Shown here: piece after piece, positions 36,322 through 47,487 of the stretch | How the letters are laid out: the number at the start of each line of letters is the position of its first letter | How positions within the stretch are numbered: the first letter of the stretch is position 1 | The notes under the pieces: model-generated | What the model was told of the DNA's origin: nothing | Databases searched by the model: none | The model's input: the letters and a program-made list of their open reading frames with translations, nothing else | Program-made: the position numbers and the translations under genes | NCBI GenBank assembly: GCA_043797125.1 | Contig: JAZDPX010000032.1 | Span: forward strand, 10,425 to 74,424 | DNA from: Candidatus Omnitrophota bacterium | GTDB lineage: Bacteria; Omnitrophota; Gorgyraeia; JABMRG01; JAFGKX01 | DNA: 64,000 nt | Direction of reading: 5' to 3'

Positions 36322-39300
36322 ATGCCAAGAAGAGACGATATCCATAAAGTGTTGATTATCGGCTCAGGCCCTATAATTATCGGACAGGCTTGCGAGTTTG
36401 ATTATTCAGGCACGCAGGCCTGCAAGGCCCTGAGAGAAGAGGGATATGAAATAGTGCTGGTGAATTCCAACCCGGCTACAATCATGACAGACCCGGGCAT
36501 GGCTGATAAAACATATATCGAGCCGCTTACGCCGGAGAGCCTTGAAAAGATTATAGAGATAGAAAGGCCGGACGCGCTTTTGCCTAATTTAGGCGGTCAG
36601 ACCGGGCTTAATCTAGCTTCCATGCTTTTTAAGAGCGGCGTGTTAAAAAAATACAACGTTGAGATTATAGGCGTTAAGGCCGATGCTATTGAGCGCGGAG
36701 AAGACAGAATAGCATTTAAGGAGACAATGAATAAACTCGGCATCTCGATACCAAAATCAAAACATTGTTATTCCGTTGAAGATGCGGAAAAGATAGCGGA
36801 AGAGCTAGGGTTTCCTGTTGTATTGCGCCCCGCGTATACGCTTGGCGGCACAGGCGGCGGGATGGTCTATAACGTTGAAGAATTAAGAGTTGTTACAGCC
36901 AGGGGCCTTGCGGCAAGCATAATAGGCCAGGTCTTAGTCGAGGAATCGGTCTTAGGCTGGGAGGAATTGGAGCTTGAAGTTGTAAGAGACGCGAAAAATC
37001 AGAAGATAACAGTCTGCTTTATTGAAAACATCGACGCGATGGGCGTGCACACAGGCGACAGCTTCTGCGCAGCCCCGATGCTGACTGTGCCCCAACCTTT
37101 GCAAAAACGCATGCAGGAACTTTCGTATAAGATCGTAGACGCAATCGGCGTTATCGGCGGGACAAACATACAGTTTGCCCATAATTTGGAAGACGATAGA
37201 TTAGTTGTCATCGAGATTAACCCGAGGACATCGCGTTCTTCAGCGCTCGCGTCCAAGGCGACAGGTTTTCCCATTGCGCGCATATCAACAATGCTTGCGG
37301 CAGGCCTTACCATGGATGAAATTCCATACTGGAGAAAAGGCACCCTTGAGAAATATGAGCCATGGGGAGATTATGTTGTAATTAAATTCGCGCGCTGGGC
37401 ATTTGAAAAATTCCCGCAGGCAAAAGACATCTTAGGCACGCAGATGAGGGCCGTGGGCGAAGTTATGAGCATAGGCAAGACCTTTAAAGAGGCGTTCCAG
37501 AAAGCAATTCGCTCTCTTGAGATAAAAAGATACGGAGTCGGAGGGGCAAAGAATTTTAAACAGTTGCCGCTTGAGGAATTAATGAAAAGATTAGTCAACC
37601 CGTCAAGCGAACGTATCTTTTTAATGTACGAGGCCCTTAGAAAAGGGGCAAGTGTTGAAGAACTTTATAGGCTTACATACATAGGCCGCTACTTCATACA
37701 GGAAATGAAAGACCTTGTTGAATGTGAAGAGGAGCTTCTTAAGTACAAATGGAACAGCCTGCCGGATGCAAAACTCGCTAAAGCAAAAGAATGGGGTTTT
37801 TCGGATAAATATTTATCGCAGCTGTTTAATGTTAAGGAGTCTGAAGTAAGAAAGAAAAGAATTGCTATAGGAAAATACGGAAGATTCGAGGCAGTGCCTG
37901 TAAGCGGCGTTGAAAACGCGGCGTATTATTATTCCACGTATATCGCCGAGGATTCGGTGCCGGTGTCAAAGAATAAAAAGGTCATGATCTTAGGCGGCGG
38001 GCCGAACAGAATAGGGCAGGGTATTGAGTTTGACTATACCTGCGTTCACGCGGCCTTTGCCTTGCGGGATGAGGGTTACGAATCTATTATGGTGAATTGC
38101 AACCCCGAGACAGTGTCAACGGATTACGATACGTCAAACAAGCTGTATTTTGAGCCTCTTACGGTTGAAGATGTATTGACAATTTACGAAAAAGAAAAAC
38201 CCGAAGGCGTTATTGTGCAATTCGGCGGGCAGACACCGTTAAATATAGCGCAGGAACTTAAAGATAACGGCGTGAAGATTCTGGGCACCACTCCCGAGAG
38301 CATCAATTTTGCGGAGGATAGGGAACGTTTTCGCGAGAAGATGATAAAGCTTGATATCCTGCAGCCTGAAAGCGGAACGGCAAGGTCTTTGGAAGAGGCT
38401 GTAAAAATTGCCAAAAAAATAGGATATCCTCTTATGGTCAGGCCTTCCTATGTTTTGGGCGGCCGAGGCATGGAAGTGATATATGAAGAGTCTATGCTGG
38501 AAAAATACGCGAAAGAGGCCATTGAGGTGAGCCCGGAACACCCGATGCTTATTGATAAATTTCTTGAGCAGGCGATTGAGTTAGAAGTGGATGCGCTTTG
38601 CGACGGAAAAGATACTTTTGTCGCTTCTGTTATGGAGCATATAGAACTCGCAGGAGTTCATTCCGGGGATTCCGCATGCGCTATTCCTACAAGGACAATT
38701 TCCCAGAAACATCTTAAGACAGTTGAGGATTATACTGACCGCATTGCAAAAGAGCTGAAAGTGGTGGGGCTTATTAACATACAGTTCGCAATCTGCAATG
38801 ACAAGGTGTATATCCTTGAGGCAAACCCGAGGGCATCGCGCACCGTGCCTATTGTTTCCAAAGTAATGAATATTCCGATAGCGCGCATAGCAACTCAGGT
38901 TGTGATGGGTAAGAAGCTGAAATGTTTTCCTGAACTTGTGAAGAAGGCGCTTCCTTACGTAGGCGTAAAAGAGGCGGTGTTTCCTTTTAATATGTTTCCC
39001 GAAGTTGACCCGCTGCTTGGCCCTGAAATGAGGGCGACAGGCGAAGTTATGGGAATAGCCAATACTTTTGCGCTCGCGTTCTATAAGGCGCAGCAGGCCA
39101 CACCCGCAAAGCTTCCTATAACGGGAAATGTTCTTCTTACGGTATCAGATCAGGATAAAAAGGCCCTGCTTCCTATTGCAAAAAAGATTAAGGAGCTCGG
39201 GTTTAATATTTACGCGACTGAAAACACAAGCAGTTTTCTTACGCAGAATAATATCGCAAACACCCGTATAAAGAAACTGCACGAGGGGGGAAGGCCCAAC

Positions 39301-39570
39301 ATAGCGGACGCCATAAAAAACAAGGACATAAGCCTTATTATAAATACGCCTGTGGGCAAAAGCAGCAAGCACGATGACAGCTACATACGCATGATGGCAA
39401 TACAGTATAAACTGCCGTATATCACATCAATGGCAGCTGCGCAGGCGAGCATTGAAGGCATCGAAGCCGCAAAAAAAGATAAGGCATTGCCAAAGGCGCT
39501 ACAGGATTATTATAAGGAGCTCGATACAAAAAACGTTTCCAAAAAGAAACATCCGGTCAAGGTTAAATAA
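36322..39570 (+). CDS. carB: Carbamoyl-phosphate synthase large subunit
   Basis: Duplicated ATP-grasp halves ([25 protein letters not shown] / [25 protein letters not shown]), MGS-like C-terminal domain, 1082 aa. Confidence 0.95.
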   Translation: MPRRDDIHKVLIIGSGPIIIGQACEFDYSGTQACKALREEGYEIVLVNSNPATIMTDPGMADKTYIEPLTPESLEKIIEIERPDALLPNLGGQTGLNLASMLFKSGVLKKYNVEIIGVKADAIERGEDRIAFKETMNKLGISIPKSKHCYSVEDAEKIAEELGFPVVLRPAYTLGGTGGGMVYNVEELRVVTARGLAASIIGQVLVEESVLGWEELELEVVRDAKNQKITVCFIENIDAMGVHTGDSFCAAPMLTVPQPLQKRMQELSYKIVDAIGVIGGTNIQFAHNLEDDRLVVIEINPRTSRSSALASKATGFPIARISTMLAAGLTMDEIPYWRKGTLEKYEPWGDYVVIKFARWAFEKFPQAKDILGTQMRAVGEVMSIGKTFKEAFQKAIRSLEIKRYGVGGAKNFKQLPLEELMKRLVNPSSERIFLMYEALRKGASVEELYRLTYIGRYFIQEMKDLVECEEELLKYKWNSLPDAKLAKAKEWGFSDKYLSQLFNVKESEVRKKRIAIGKYGRFEAVPVSGVENAAYYYSTYIAEDSVPVSKNKKVMILGGGPNRIGQGIEFDYTCVHAAFALRDEGYESIMVNCNPETVSTDYDTSNKLYFEPLTVEDVLTIYEKEKPEGVIVQFGGQTPLNIAQELKDNGVKILGTTPESINFAEDRERFREKMIKLDILQPESGTARSLEEAVKIAKKIGYPLMVRPSYVLGGRGMEVIYEESMLEKYAKEAIEVSPEHPMLIDKFLEQAIELEVDALCDGKDTFVASVMEHIELAGVHSGDSACAIPTRTISQKHLKTVEDYTDRIAKELKVVGLINIQFAICNDKVYILEANPRASRTVPIVSKVMNIPIARIATQVVMGKKLKCFPELVKKALPYVGVKEAVFPFNMFPEVDPLLGPEMRATGEVMGIANTFALAFYKAQQATPAKLPITGNVLLTVSDQDKKALLPIAKKIKELGFNIYATENTSSFLTQNNIANTRIKKLHEGGRPNIADAIKNKDISLIINTPVGKSSKHDDSYIRMMAIQYKLPYITSMAAAQASIEGIEAAKKDKALPKALQDYYKELDTKNVSKKKHPVKVK

Positions 39571-39571
39571 A

Positions 39572-41113
39572 ATGCAAAAAGACTGGGTAGCTGTTTTAGA
39601 TTTTGGCTCTCAATACACGCACCTTATTGCAAGGCGCATAAGAGAGTGCGGGGTATATTCCCAGATAGTTTCGTGCGATATAAGCAGCAAAAAGCTTATT
39701 AACATAAAGCCTTGCGCTATTGTGCTCTCAGGCGGGCCGGCAAGCGTTACAGCGAAAAATGCCCCAAAGCCCGACGGAAGAATTTTTGATTTAGGGCTCC
39801 CTATGCTTGGCATATGTTACGGCGCGCAGCTTATGGCAGAAGCGCTAGGAGGCAAAGTAAAAAAGGCAAGAGCCAGGGAATATGGCAAGGCCATTGTGGC
39901 TGTTAAATCCAAAAAAGATTTATTTAACGGGCTTGCTTCAAAAGAAAAAGTTTGGATGAGCCACGGCGATATGATCTCGCAACTACCAAAAGGTTTTCGC
40001 ATAATAGGTTCAAGCGTAAATTGTCCTGTCGCGGCAATGGCTGATGAAGAAAAAAGATTTTACGGGCTGCAATTTCATCCTGAAGTCGCGCACACCGATA
40101 AAGGCAAAAAAATCCTGCGCAATTTCCTAACCAGCATCGCTCATTGTAAGCCTCAATGGCGCATGAGCTCTTTTGTAAAAGATACAATAAACAAGCTGCG
40201 CAAGGAAATAGGCAAGGAAAAAGTCCTATGCGCTTTAAGCGGAGGCGTTGATTCTTCTGTTTTGGCGATACTGCTCCATAAGGCAATCGGCAAACAGTTG
40301 ACAGCCATGTTCATAGACAACGGTTTATTGAGAAAAAACGAAGCGCAAAGCGTATTAAAGAGATTCAAGGGCCACTATAGGATTAATCTTAAATTTGTAG
40401 ATGCCGAAGATGCTTTCTTAAAGGCCCTTAAGGGTGTTACAGACCCTGAGAAAAAACGTAAAATCATCGGCAGGATTTTTATAGAAGTTTTTGAAACGGG
40501 AGCGAAAAAACTCGGGGAGATTAAATTTCTGGCTCAAGGGACGTTGTATCCCGATGTAATTGAATCAAAGTCCCCTCTCGGTGGGCCATCTGCAACTATA
40601 AAAACGCATCATAATGTCGGCGGGCTGCCTAAGAATTTAAGGTTTAAGCTTATAGAGCCGCTTAAAGAATTATTTAAAGACGAGGTAAGGCTTGTAGGCG
40701 AAGAATTGGGGTTGCCTGAAGAAATTATTTACAGGCAGCCTTTTCCGGGCCCGGGCCTGGCTGTAAGGATTTTGGGCGCGATAACAAACGAGAGGCTTAA
40801 TATTTTGCGCGAGGCAGACTCAATTTTAATAGACGAGATAAAAAGATTTGGTTTTTATCGCAAACTATGGCAGGCCTTCTGCGTGCTTTTGCCTGTAAAG
40901 ACCGTCGGAGTTATGGGCGATGAGCGAACTTATGAAAACGTTATAGCAATAAGGGCGGTTACAAGCGAAGACGCGATGACAGCGCATTGGGCGAAATTGC
41001 CGCATGAGCTACTTGAATGCGTTTCAAATAGAATAATAAACGAGGTAAAAGGCATAAACAGAGTGGTGTATGATATTTCATCAAAGCCGCCGAGTACTAT
41101 AGAATGGGAATGA
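39572..41113 (+). CDS. guaA: GMP synthase (glutamine-hydrolysing)
   Basis: GATase domain ([11 protein letters not shown]...HPEV), PP-loop SGGVDSSV, C-terminal dimerisation domain ending ...IEWE. ATG at 39572 one nt after the carB stop; the annotated 39452 extension overlaps carB and is rejected. Confidence 0.9.
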   Translation: MQKDWVAVLDFGSQYTHLIARRIRECGVYSQIVSCDISSKKLINIKPCAIVLSGGPASVTAKNAPKPDGRIFDLGLPMLGICYGAQLMAEALGGKVKKARAREYGKAIVAVKSKKDLFNGLASKEKVWMSHGDMISQLPKGFRIIGSSVNCPVAAMADEEKRFYGLQFHPEVAHTDKGKKILRNFLTSIAHCKPQWRMSSFVKDTINKLRKEIGKEKVLCALSGGVDSSVLAILLHKAIGKQLTAMFIDNGLLRKNEAQSVLKRFKGHYRINLKFVDAEDAFLKALKGVTDPEKKRKIIGRIFIEVFETGAKKLGEIKFLAQGTLYPDVIESKSPLGGPSATIKTHHNVGGLPKNLRFKLIEPLKELFKDEVRLVGEELGLPEEIIYRQPFPGPGLAVRILGAITNERLNILREADSILIDEIKRFGFYRKLWQAFCVLLPVKTVGVMGDERTYENVIAIRAVTSEDAMTAHWAKLPHELLECVSNRIINEVKGINRVVYDISSKPPSTIEWE

Positions 41114-41312
41114 AATGAGGACGCGATTTAGCGAGCGATAGCGAAGCTAAATCGCATGTCCGAATTTCACCCTTGACATTTTGTGTCCGACTTACCTTCA
41201 GGCAAAATGTCAAGGGTTTAATTCGCACCTTCATAGGGGAAATTCATAGAAGAATTAATTTATGTCAACCAAAGGGTTGCCATAAATTAAGTGCTCATTA
41301 AAGGAGTGAGGG

Positions 41313-41564
41313 ATGTTAAAAGCTGAAGTTTATATTACGTTAAAAAAGACAATAGCGGATCCGCAGGGCCTGATTATAAAGCACGCCCTTGAATCTTTGG
41401 GATACGGTTCTGTAAAAGAAGCAAGGGTGGGAAAGATGGTCATTGTAACTTTGGACACCGATGACAAAAAACAGGCCCAAAAACAGCTTGACCAGATGTG
41501 CAAAAAGCTTTTGGCGAATCCGGTTATCGAGGATTATAGGTTTGTTATAACAGAGGCAAAATGA
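41313..41564 (+). CDS. purS: Phosphoribosylformylglycinamidine synthase subunit PurS
   Basis: 83 aa, typical size; RBS AAGGAG; immediately precedes purQ and purL. Confidence 0.8.
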   Translation: MLKAEVYITLKKTIADPQGLIIKHALESLGYGSVKEARVGKMVIVTLDTDDKKQAQKQLDQMCKKLLANPVIEDYRFVITEAK

Positions 41565-42259
41565 AATTCGCCGTTGTAGTATTCCCCGGTTCAAATTGCG
41601 ACCAGGACTGCTTTTATGTGGTTAAGGAAGTTTTAAAGCAGCCGGTTGAATATATATGGCACAAAGACACGAGCGTAAATAGCTTTGATTGCATTATCCT
41701 GCCCGGCGGTTTTAGCTACGGCGATTATTTAAGGACAGGGGCGGTTGCCAGGTTTTCCCCGATAATGAAGGAGATAGTCAAGTTTGCTAAAGAAGGCAGG
41801 ACAGTTATCGGTATATGCAACGGCTTTCAGATTTTGCTTGAGGCGGGGCTTTTGCCCGGGGCAATGCTTCGAAATACAGGGCTTCATTTTATCTGCAGGC
41901 ATGTCTATATAAGAACAGAAAATACAAAGACAAGATTTACCTCGTCGTGCAAAACGGACCAGGTCTTAAAAATACCCATTGCGCATAACGAAGGCAATTA
42001 CTATATAGACAAAAAGGGATTAAAAAAGCTGCAGGATAACAACCAGATAGTATTCAGGTACTGCAGCAAGCAGGGTAAGGTAAATGATGAGCACAATCCA
42101 AACGGGGCGCTGGATAATATAGCGGGTATTATAAATAAAAAGGGCAATGTCTTGGGGCTGATGCCGCATCCTGAAAGAAGTTCAGAAGAGGCACTAGGCT
42201 CAAGAGACGGTTTTTTAATTTTTGATTCAATTGTAAAATGGTTAAAACAAAAGCAATAG
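41561..42259 (+). CDS. purQ: Phosphoribosylformylglycinamidine synthase glutaminase subunit PurQ
   Basis: Class I GATase: catalytic GICNGFQ and the MPHPER motif. Confidence 0.9.
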   Translation: MKFAVVVFPGSNCDQDCFYVVKEVLKQPVEYIWHKDTSVNSFDCIILPGGFSYGDYLRTGAVARFSPIMKEIVKFAKEGRTVIGICNGFQILLEAGLLPGAMLRNTGLHFICRHVYIRTENTKTRFTSSCKTDQVLKIPIAHNEGNYYIDKKGLKKLQDNNQIVFRYCSKQGKVNDEHNPNGALDNIAGIINKKGNVLGLMPHPERSSEEALGSRDGFLIFDSIVKWLKQKQ

Positions 42260-44457
42260 ACAAAGATACATACAGGGCGTTAGGCCTGACAGACACCGAG
42301 TATGAAAAGATTTTAAGCCTGTTAGGGCGTGTGCCGTCACCTACGGAACTGGCGATGTTTTCTGTCGAGTGGTCGGAACACTGCGGTTACCCGCGTTCGC
42401 GAAACCTTCTTAAATTATTGCCGAAAAAAGGAAAATACCAGGTCTTGATAGGAGAAGATTCGGGCGGCATTATAGTAGATGACCTGGCCATTGTCTTTAA
42501 AATGGAAAGCCACAATCACCCCTCGCAGGTAGAGCCGAAACAAGGCGCTGCCACAGGCGTAGGCGGAATAATAAGGGATATCTTTACAGCAGGCGCAAGG
42601 CCTATTGCTTCGTTGAATTCTTTAAGATTCGGGCCGTTAAGCGAACCATATAACAGGTATCTTTTAAAAGGCGTGGTTGACGGAATACAATTTTACGGCA
42701 ACTGCCTTGGCGTGCCTACCGTCGGCGGGGAGATATATTTTGACGAAAGCTATTCGGGAAATTGCCTTGTAAACGCAATGAGTATCGGCATAGCGAAAAA
42801 GGACTGCCTTGCAAGGGCAAAGGCCTTTGGTGTAGGCAACTCGATTATGTACGTGGGCTCAAGCACGGGAAAAGACGGTATCGGCGGATGCAGCGTTTTG
42901 GCGTCGAGTGAATTTAAAGAAGGCGAAGAAAAAAGGCCAACAGTCCAGATAGGCGACCCTTTTACGGAAAAATGTTTGATAGAAGCGACATTAGAGGCAT
43001 TAGCCACGGGCCACGTAATCGGAATCAAGGATATGGGCGCAGCAGGGCTCACCTGTTCAACAAGCGAAATGGCTCAAGCCGGAGGCTGCGGCATAGACAT
43101 GGACCTGGATAAAGTTCCGCGCAGGGAAGAAAACATGGAACCATGGGAAGTGATGATGTCCGAATCACAGGAGAGGATGCTGGTTTGCGTTAAAAAGGGA
43201 AAAGAAAAAGAAATAGAGAAGATTTTTCAAAAATGGGATTTACACGGTGTTGTTATTGGAAAGGTTACTACAGACGGCATTGTGACAATTAAAGATAAAG
43301 GCAATATTGTGGCCCAAGTAAAGGCAAATGATTTAACCAATGCCCCTGTCTATGATATGCCTTATGTAAAGCCAAGCTCCCTGGATGAAATTATAAAGTT
43401 GGATATGAAAACAATTCCCCAACCTGAAGATTATAATGAGGTATTAATTAAATTATTGGAGTCACCATCAATAGCCAGCAAAGAATGGGTTTATCAGCAA
43501 TATGACCACATGGTGCAGACAAACACAATATGCCTGCCTAATATGGGCGCTAGTGTAGTCAGGTTAAAAGGCACTAAAAAGGCAATTGCAGCTACCACTG
43601 ACTGCAACAGCAGATATTGTTTTTTAAATCCCCATAGAGGCGCGCAGATTGCGATAGTGGAAGCGGCGAGAAATTTAGTAGCAGTCGGCGCAGAGCCTGC
43701 GGCAGTTACAGATTGCCTTAATTTTGGAAATCCTGAGAAACCTGACAGATTCTGGTATTTTAAGAATTGCGTAGAGGGTATTATAGATGCCTGTAAGGCA
43801 TTTAATATTCCAGTTGTAAGCGGCAACGTCTCGTTTTACAATGAAAACCCAAGAGGCGCTATTTACCCGACGCCTTCAATAGGAATGATCGGAATCATAG
43901 ATGATGTTAGCAGGGTCTGCACTCAGAATTTCAAAGACAAGGCCGATATAATAATGCTTTTGGGCGATTGCAAGGAAGAATTAGGCGCAAGCGAATATTT
44001 AAAGCAGGTTCACGGCCTTGTCAGAGGCGATGCGCCAAGCCTGGATTTGGCTTCGGAAAAAAATATCCAAAATGCAGCGCTTAAAATGATAAGAAACGGC
44101 CTTGTAAAATCCGCTCACGACTGCTCTGAAGGCGGATTAGCCGTTGCCATTTCAGAATGCTGCATAAGCGACAAAGAAAACATGATAGGCGCGGTGATTA
44201 ATAATCTTCCCTTTGATATCAGGAAGGACGCGCTTTTATTCGGAGAAACGCAGTCGCGCATTATCTTAAGCTGCAGTATGGATTGCGTTGATAAGATAAA
44301 AAAGACTGCCAAAGATAATGATGCCTCGCTGCATATAATAGGCACAGTCGGCGGCGATGTTTTAAAAATTTCAGCTAAACAAAAAGAGCTGATAAATATG
44401 CCTGTTGAAAAATTACATGACAGCTGGAGTAATTCTTTGAGGAAAATGATTGGTTGA
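42238..44457 (+). CDS. purL: Phosphoribosylformylglycinamidine synthase subunit PurL
   Basis: 739 aa. AIR-synthase-related duplicated domains; HNHPS motif ([11 protein letters not shown]). Confidence 0.9.
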   Translation: MVKTKAIDKDTYRALGLTDTEYEKILSLLGRVPSPTELAMFSVEWSEHCGYPRSRNLLKLLPKKGKYQVLIGEDSGGIIVDDLAIVFKMESHNHPSQVEPKQGAATGVGGIIRDIFTAGARPIASLNSLRFGPLSEPYNRYLLKGVVDGIQFYGNCLGVPTVGGEIYFDESYSGNCLVNAMSIGIAKKDCLARAKAFGVGNSIMYVGSSTGKDGIGGCSVLASSEFKEGEEKRPTVQIGDPFTEKCLIEATLEALATGHVIGIKDMGAAGLTCSTSEMAQAGGCGIDMDLDKVPRREENMEPWEVMMSESQERMLVCVKKGKEKEIEKIFQKWDLHGVVIGKVTTDGIVTIKDKGNIVAQVKANDLTNAPVYDMPYVKPSSLDEIIKLDMKTIPQPEDYNEVLIKLLESPSIASKEWVYQQYDHMVQTNTICLPNMGASVVRLKGTKKAIAATTDCNSRYCFLNPHRGAQIAIVEAARNLVAVGAEPAAVTDCLNFGNPEKPDRFWYFKNCVEGIIDACKAFNIPVVSGNVSFYNENPRGAIYPTPSIGMIGIIDDVSRVCTQNFKDKADIIMLLGDCKEELGASEYLKQVHGLVRGDAPSLDLASEKNIQNAALKMIRNGLVKSAHDCSEGGLAVAISECCISDKENMIGAVINNLPFDIRKDALLFGETQSRIILSCSMDCVDKIKKTAKDNDASLHIIGTVGGDVLKISAKQKELINMPVEKLHDSWSNSLRKMIG

Positions 44458-44541
44458 GCGCAGATGATCACAGATTGAAAGACACAGATGATCACAGATA
44501 TCTGCGATCATCTTGTATCCTTTAATCTGTGATAATCTGCG
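44458..44541. repeat. 84-bp imperfect composite palindrome between purL and hisH (arms about 85% complementary), built from gatgatcacagat / atctgtgatcatc units
   Basis: gcgcagatgatcacagattgaaagacacagatgatcacagat | atctgcgatcatcttgtatcctttaatctgtgataatctgcg. Confidence 0.75.
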
Positions 44542-44562
44542 TTAAAAAAATTATTTTAAAAA

Positions 44563-45186
44563 ATGATAGCGGTAATTGATTACGGCTTAGGAAATATAAG
44601 AAGCGTCTCAAAGGCCCTGGAGAGAGTCGGAGCTAAAGTAAAAGTAACTGACTCACCCGGCGAAATAGCCAAGGCCGAGGCGCTGGTGTTTCCCGGCGTA
44701 GGGGCTTTTCGCACCGGAATGAAGAACCTTAAAGAAAAAGGAATACTCGCCGCAATACTTGATGCCGTAAAAAAAGATAAGCCGTTTTTAGGGATATGCC
44801 TGGGGTTTCAGCTTCTTTTCAGCGAAAGCGAAGAACATGGGCCGACGAAAGGCCTGGATATTATTAAAGGAAAAGTAATAAGGTTTACGGGCAAAGTTAA
44901 AGTGCCGCATATGGGATGGAATACTGTAAAGCTTCAAAGCCCACAGCCCACAGCCCACAGCCCACAGCTATTTGATAATATCCCAAATGACTCCTATTTC
45001 TACTTTGTGCATTCGTATTACGCTGTGCCAGAGGATAAAAGCGTTGTAATCGCAACCACAAAATACGGGATAGAGTTTGCTTCAGTCGTAAATAAGGGCA
45101 ATGTCTGGGGGGTGCAGTTTCATCCCGAGAAAAGCTCTGATTTTGGGTTAAAGATATTGGAGAATTTTGTTAAAAATGTTAGCTAA
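44563..45186 (+). CDS. hisH: Imidazole glycerol phosphate synthase glutaminase subunit HisH (with an in-frame heptamer-repeat insertion)
   Basis: GICLGFQLL catalytic Cys, [20 protein letters not shown]. Confidence 0.9.
   Translation: MIAVIDYGLGNIRSVSKALERVGAKVKVTDSPGEIAKAEALVFPGVGAFRTGMKNLKEKGILAAILDAVKKDKPFLGICLGFQLLFSESEEHGPTKGLDIIKGKVIRFTGKVKVPHMGWNTVKLQSPQPTAHSPQLFDNIPNDSYFYFVHSYYAVPEDKSVVIATTKYGIEFASVVNKGNVWGVQFHPEKSSDFGLKILENFVKNVS
44940..44967. repeat. Tandem heptamer CCCACAG x4 inside the hisH coding sequence (encodes [10 protein letters not shown])
   Basis: cccacag cccacag cccacag cccacag. The 16-mer caaagcccacagccca is shared with the small ORF at about 30018. Confidence 0.85.
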
Positions 45187-45967
45187 AAGAATCATCCCAT
45201 GCCTTGATGTAAAAGACGGCCGCGTGGTAAAGGGGATAAACTTCATTAATTTAAAAGACGCAGGAGACCCTGTTGAATGCGCCGCAGCCTATAGCAAGGA
45301 AGGCGCTGACGAACTTGTATTTCTGGATATAACAGCAAGCCACGAGGCAAGAAAGACAATGCTTGAGGTTGTGCGAAAGACAGCGGAACAGGTGTTTATT
45401 CCTTTTACGGTCGGCGGCGGCATATCAAGTATCGAGGATATAAGACTGCTTCTAAAGACCGGCGCAGATAAGATTTCAATAAATACAGCAGCTGTCGAGA
45501 ACCCGGATTTGATTAAGCAGGGCGCCGAAGCGTTTGGGAGTCAATGTATAGTTGTTGCTATAGACGCGAAAGAACAAAAGCCAGGACCATCGACCATCGA
45601 CCATCGACCATCAACTAAAACATGGGAAGTATATACTCATGGGGGAAGAAAGCCTACTGGAATCGACGCTATAGAGTGGGCCAAGAAGGCCGAGAGCTTA
45701 GGCGCTGGCGAGATTTTACTTACAAGTATGGATAGAGACGGCACAAAAGACGGTTATGATTTAAAATTGACGCGCGCTATTTGCGAAGCTGTTAATATTC
45801 CTGTAATCGCATCAGGCGGGGCAGGGACTTTGCAGCATTTATGCGATGCGTTGTCAAAAGGTAAAGCAGACGCAGCTCTTGCAGCTTCGATTTTTCACTA
45901 CGGAGAATATTCTATTAAGGAAGCGAAGGGGTATCTTAGGAAACAGGGGATAGAAATCAGGGTTTAA
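45167..45967 (+). CDS. hisF: Imidazole glycerol phosphate synthase cyclase subunit HisF (with an in-frame heptamer-repeat insertion)
   Basis: [16 protein letters not shown], (beta/alpha)8 phosphate-binding motifs GGGI and SGGAG. Confidence 0.9.
   Translation: MLKMLAKRIIPCLDVKDGRVVKGINFINLKDAGDPVECAAAYSKEGADELVFLDITASHEARKTMLEVVRKTAEQVFIPFTVGGGISSIEDIRLLLKTGADKISINTAAVENPDLIKQGAEAFGSQCIVVAIDAKEQKPGPSTIDHRPSTKTWEVYTHGGRKPTGIDAIEWAKKAESLGAGEILLTSMDRDGTKDGYDLKLTRAICEAVNIPVIASGGAGTLQHLCDALSKGKADAALAASIFHYGEYSIKEAKGYLRKQGIEIRV
45588..45615. repeat. Tandem heptamer CCATCGA x3-4 inside the hisF coding sequence (encodes [10 protein letters not shown])
   Basis: ccatcga ccatcga ccatcga ccatcaa. Its reverse complement GTCGATG is the same unit as the array at 10645-10675. 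Confidence 0.85.
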
Positions 45968-46066
45968 AATTAAAAATTCAAAATGCAAAATGCAAAATTG
46001 CAATTTAAAATTCAAAAACTGGAGTTTTTTAATTTTTAATTGAAATTTTACATTTTTACTTTTTAA
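45968..46066. repeat. About 100-bp extremely AT-rich low-complexity spacer with inverted aaattcaaaat/attttgaattt ends; contains a 20-mer (aaaatgcaaaatgcaaaatt) identical to the batD start region
   Basis: aattaaaaattcaaaatgcaaaatgcaaaattgcaatttaaaattcaaaaactggagttttttaatttttaattgaaattttacatttttactttttaattttgaatttcaaaattt. Confidence 0.7.
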
Positions 46067-46101
46067 TTTTGAATTTCAAAATTTACGGAGTAAACTGGAC
46101 A

Positions 46102-47472
46102 ATGTGCGGTATATTCGGAATACACGGCCATAAAGAAGCTGCGAGGCTTACTTACCTGGGGCTTTACGCGCTGCAGCACAGAGGCGAGGAAAGCGCAGGC
46201 ATAGTTACATACGTAAATAAAAACATCAAATACCATAAAGGCATGGGCCTTGTAAGCGACGTATTTGATGAACGCGCTATTAAGTCCTTGCGCGGTGATT
46301 TTGCCGTAGGCCATGTGCGTTATTCCACCACAGGTTCAAGCATAGCAAAAAACATACAGCCGTTTTTTATACACCATAAAAAAGGTTATATCGCGATTGC
46401 CCACAACGGTAATCTTACAAATGCTCATAAACTGCGCCAGGATATGGAAGGCCAGGGCTCTATTTTTCAGACTACAATAGACTCGGAGATAATAGCGCAT
46501 CTTTTTGCCAAGTCAGCAGAAAGTACCATGCAGGATATCGTAACCGATGCGCTGCTTAAACTTGAAGGCGCATATTCACTGGTTCTTATGTTTAACGACG
46601 TCTTGATAGGCGCAAGGGACCCGCGCGGTTTCAGGCCTCTATGTTTGGGAAAGATAGACGGGGCATATGTCCTTGCAAGCGAGACCTGCGCCTTAGACCT
46701 TGTGCATGCCGACTATATACGGGATATTGAGCCCGGCGAGATAGTCTTTATAAGCAAAGATACAATAAAATCAATTAAGCCTTTCGGGAAATGCAGGAAT
46801 TCATGCTGCATATTTGAGTTTATCTATTTTGCGAGGCCTGACAGCAACATATTCGGCGCTAATGTATACAAGGCAAGAAAGCGCTTGGGCGAGCAGCTTG
46901 CTAAAGAGCATCCTGCGCAATGCGACTTAGTCATGTCTATACCTGATTCGGGAAATTACGCCGCCGTAGGTTTTGCCCAGAAATCAAAGATGCCGCTTGA
47001 AGTCGGGATGATAAGAAACCATTATATAGGAAGGACATTTATACAACCCTCGCAATTTTTACGGGATTTCAGGGTAAAGATAAAGCTCAATCCCATCAAG
47101 GATGTTATAAAAGGAAAACGTATTGCGGTTGTGGAAGATTCCATTGTGCGCGGCACGACAAGCAAGGCCAGGATAAAGACGTTAAAAGACGCAAAAACCA
47201 AAAAGATTCATATGCGTATCAGCTGTCCTCCAATTAAATTTCCGTGCTTTTACGGTATAGACTTTCCGACTAAAAGAGAGCTGATAGCGTCAAAATACAG
47301 CGTAAACCAGATAGGAAATTTTATAGGAGTGGATACCCTGAAGTATCTAAGCTTAAAAGGCATGTTAAAAGCGATGCCGCTTGAAGAAAATAAATTCTGC
47401 ACGGCATGTTTTAGCGGGGATTATCCTACGCAAGTGTCGAAAAACATCACAAAAAATATTTTAGAAAAATAA
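46102..47472 (+). CDS. purF: Amidophosphoribosyltransferase
   Basis: N-terminal MCGIFG (Ntn-hydrolase catalytic Cys), PRTase motif VVEDSIVRGTT. Confidence 0.9.
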   Translation: MCGIFGIHGHKEAARLTYLGLYALQHRGEESAGIVTYVNKNIKYHKGMGLVSDVFDERAIKSLRGDFAVGHVRYSTTGSSIAKNIQPFFIHHKKGYIAIAHNGNLTNAHKLRQDMEGQGSIFQTTIDSEIIAHLFAKSAESTMQDIVTDALLKLEGAYSLVLMFNDVLIGARDPRGFRPLCLGKIDGAYVLASETCALDLVHADYIRDIEPGEIVFISKDTIKSIKPFGKCRNSCCIFEFIYFARPDSNIFGANVYKARKRLGEQLAKEHPAQCDLVMSIPDSGNYAAVGFAQKSKMPLEVGMIRNHYIGRTFIQPSQFLRDFRVKIKLNPIKDVIKGKRIAVVEDSIVRGTTSKARIKTLKDAKTKKIHMRISCPPIKFPCFYGIDFPTKRELIASKYSVNQIGNFIGVDTLKYLSLKGMLKAMPLEENKFCTACFSGDYPTQVSKNITKNILEK

Positions 47473-47487
47473 AAGAAGGGCTTTACC

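Noticed and set aside
39452-39571. N-terminal extension of guaA (ORF from 39452) overlapping carB
   Set aside because: Conserved GuaA N-terminus ([16 protein letters not shown]) starts at ATG 39572 one nt after the carB stop; the extension overlaps carB in another frame.
41114-41312. Purine or ZTP riboswitch upstream of purS
   Set aside because: Could not find the conserved purine-riboswitch core (UAUA...three-way junction) or the ZTP pseudoknot motifs; only generic hairpins present.
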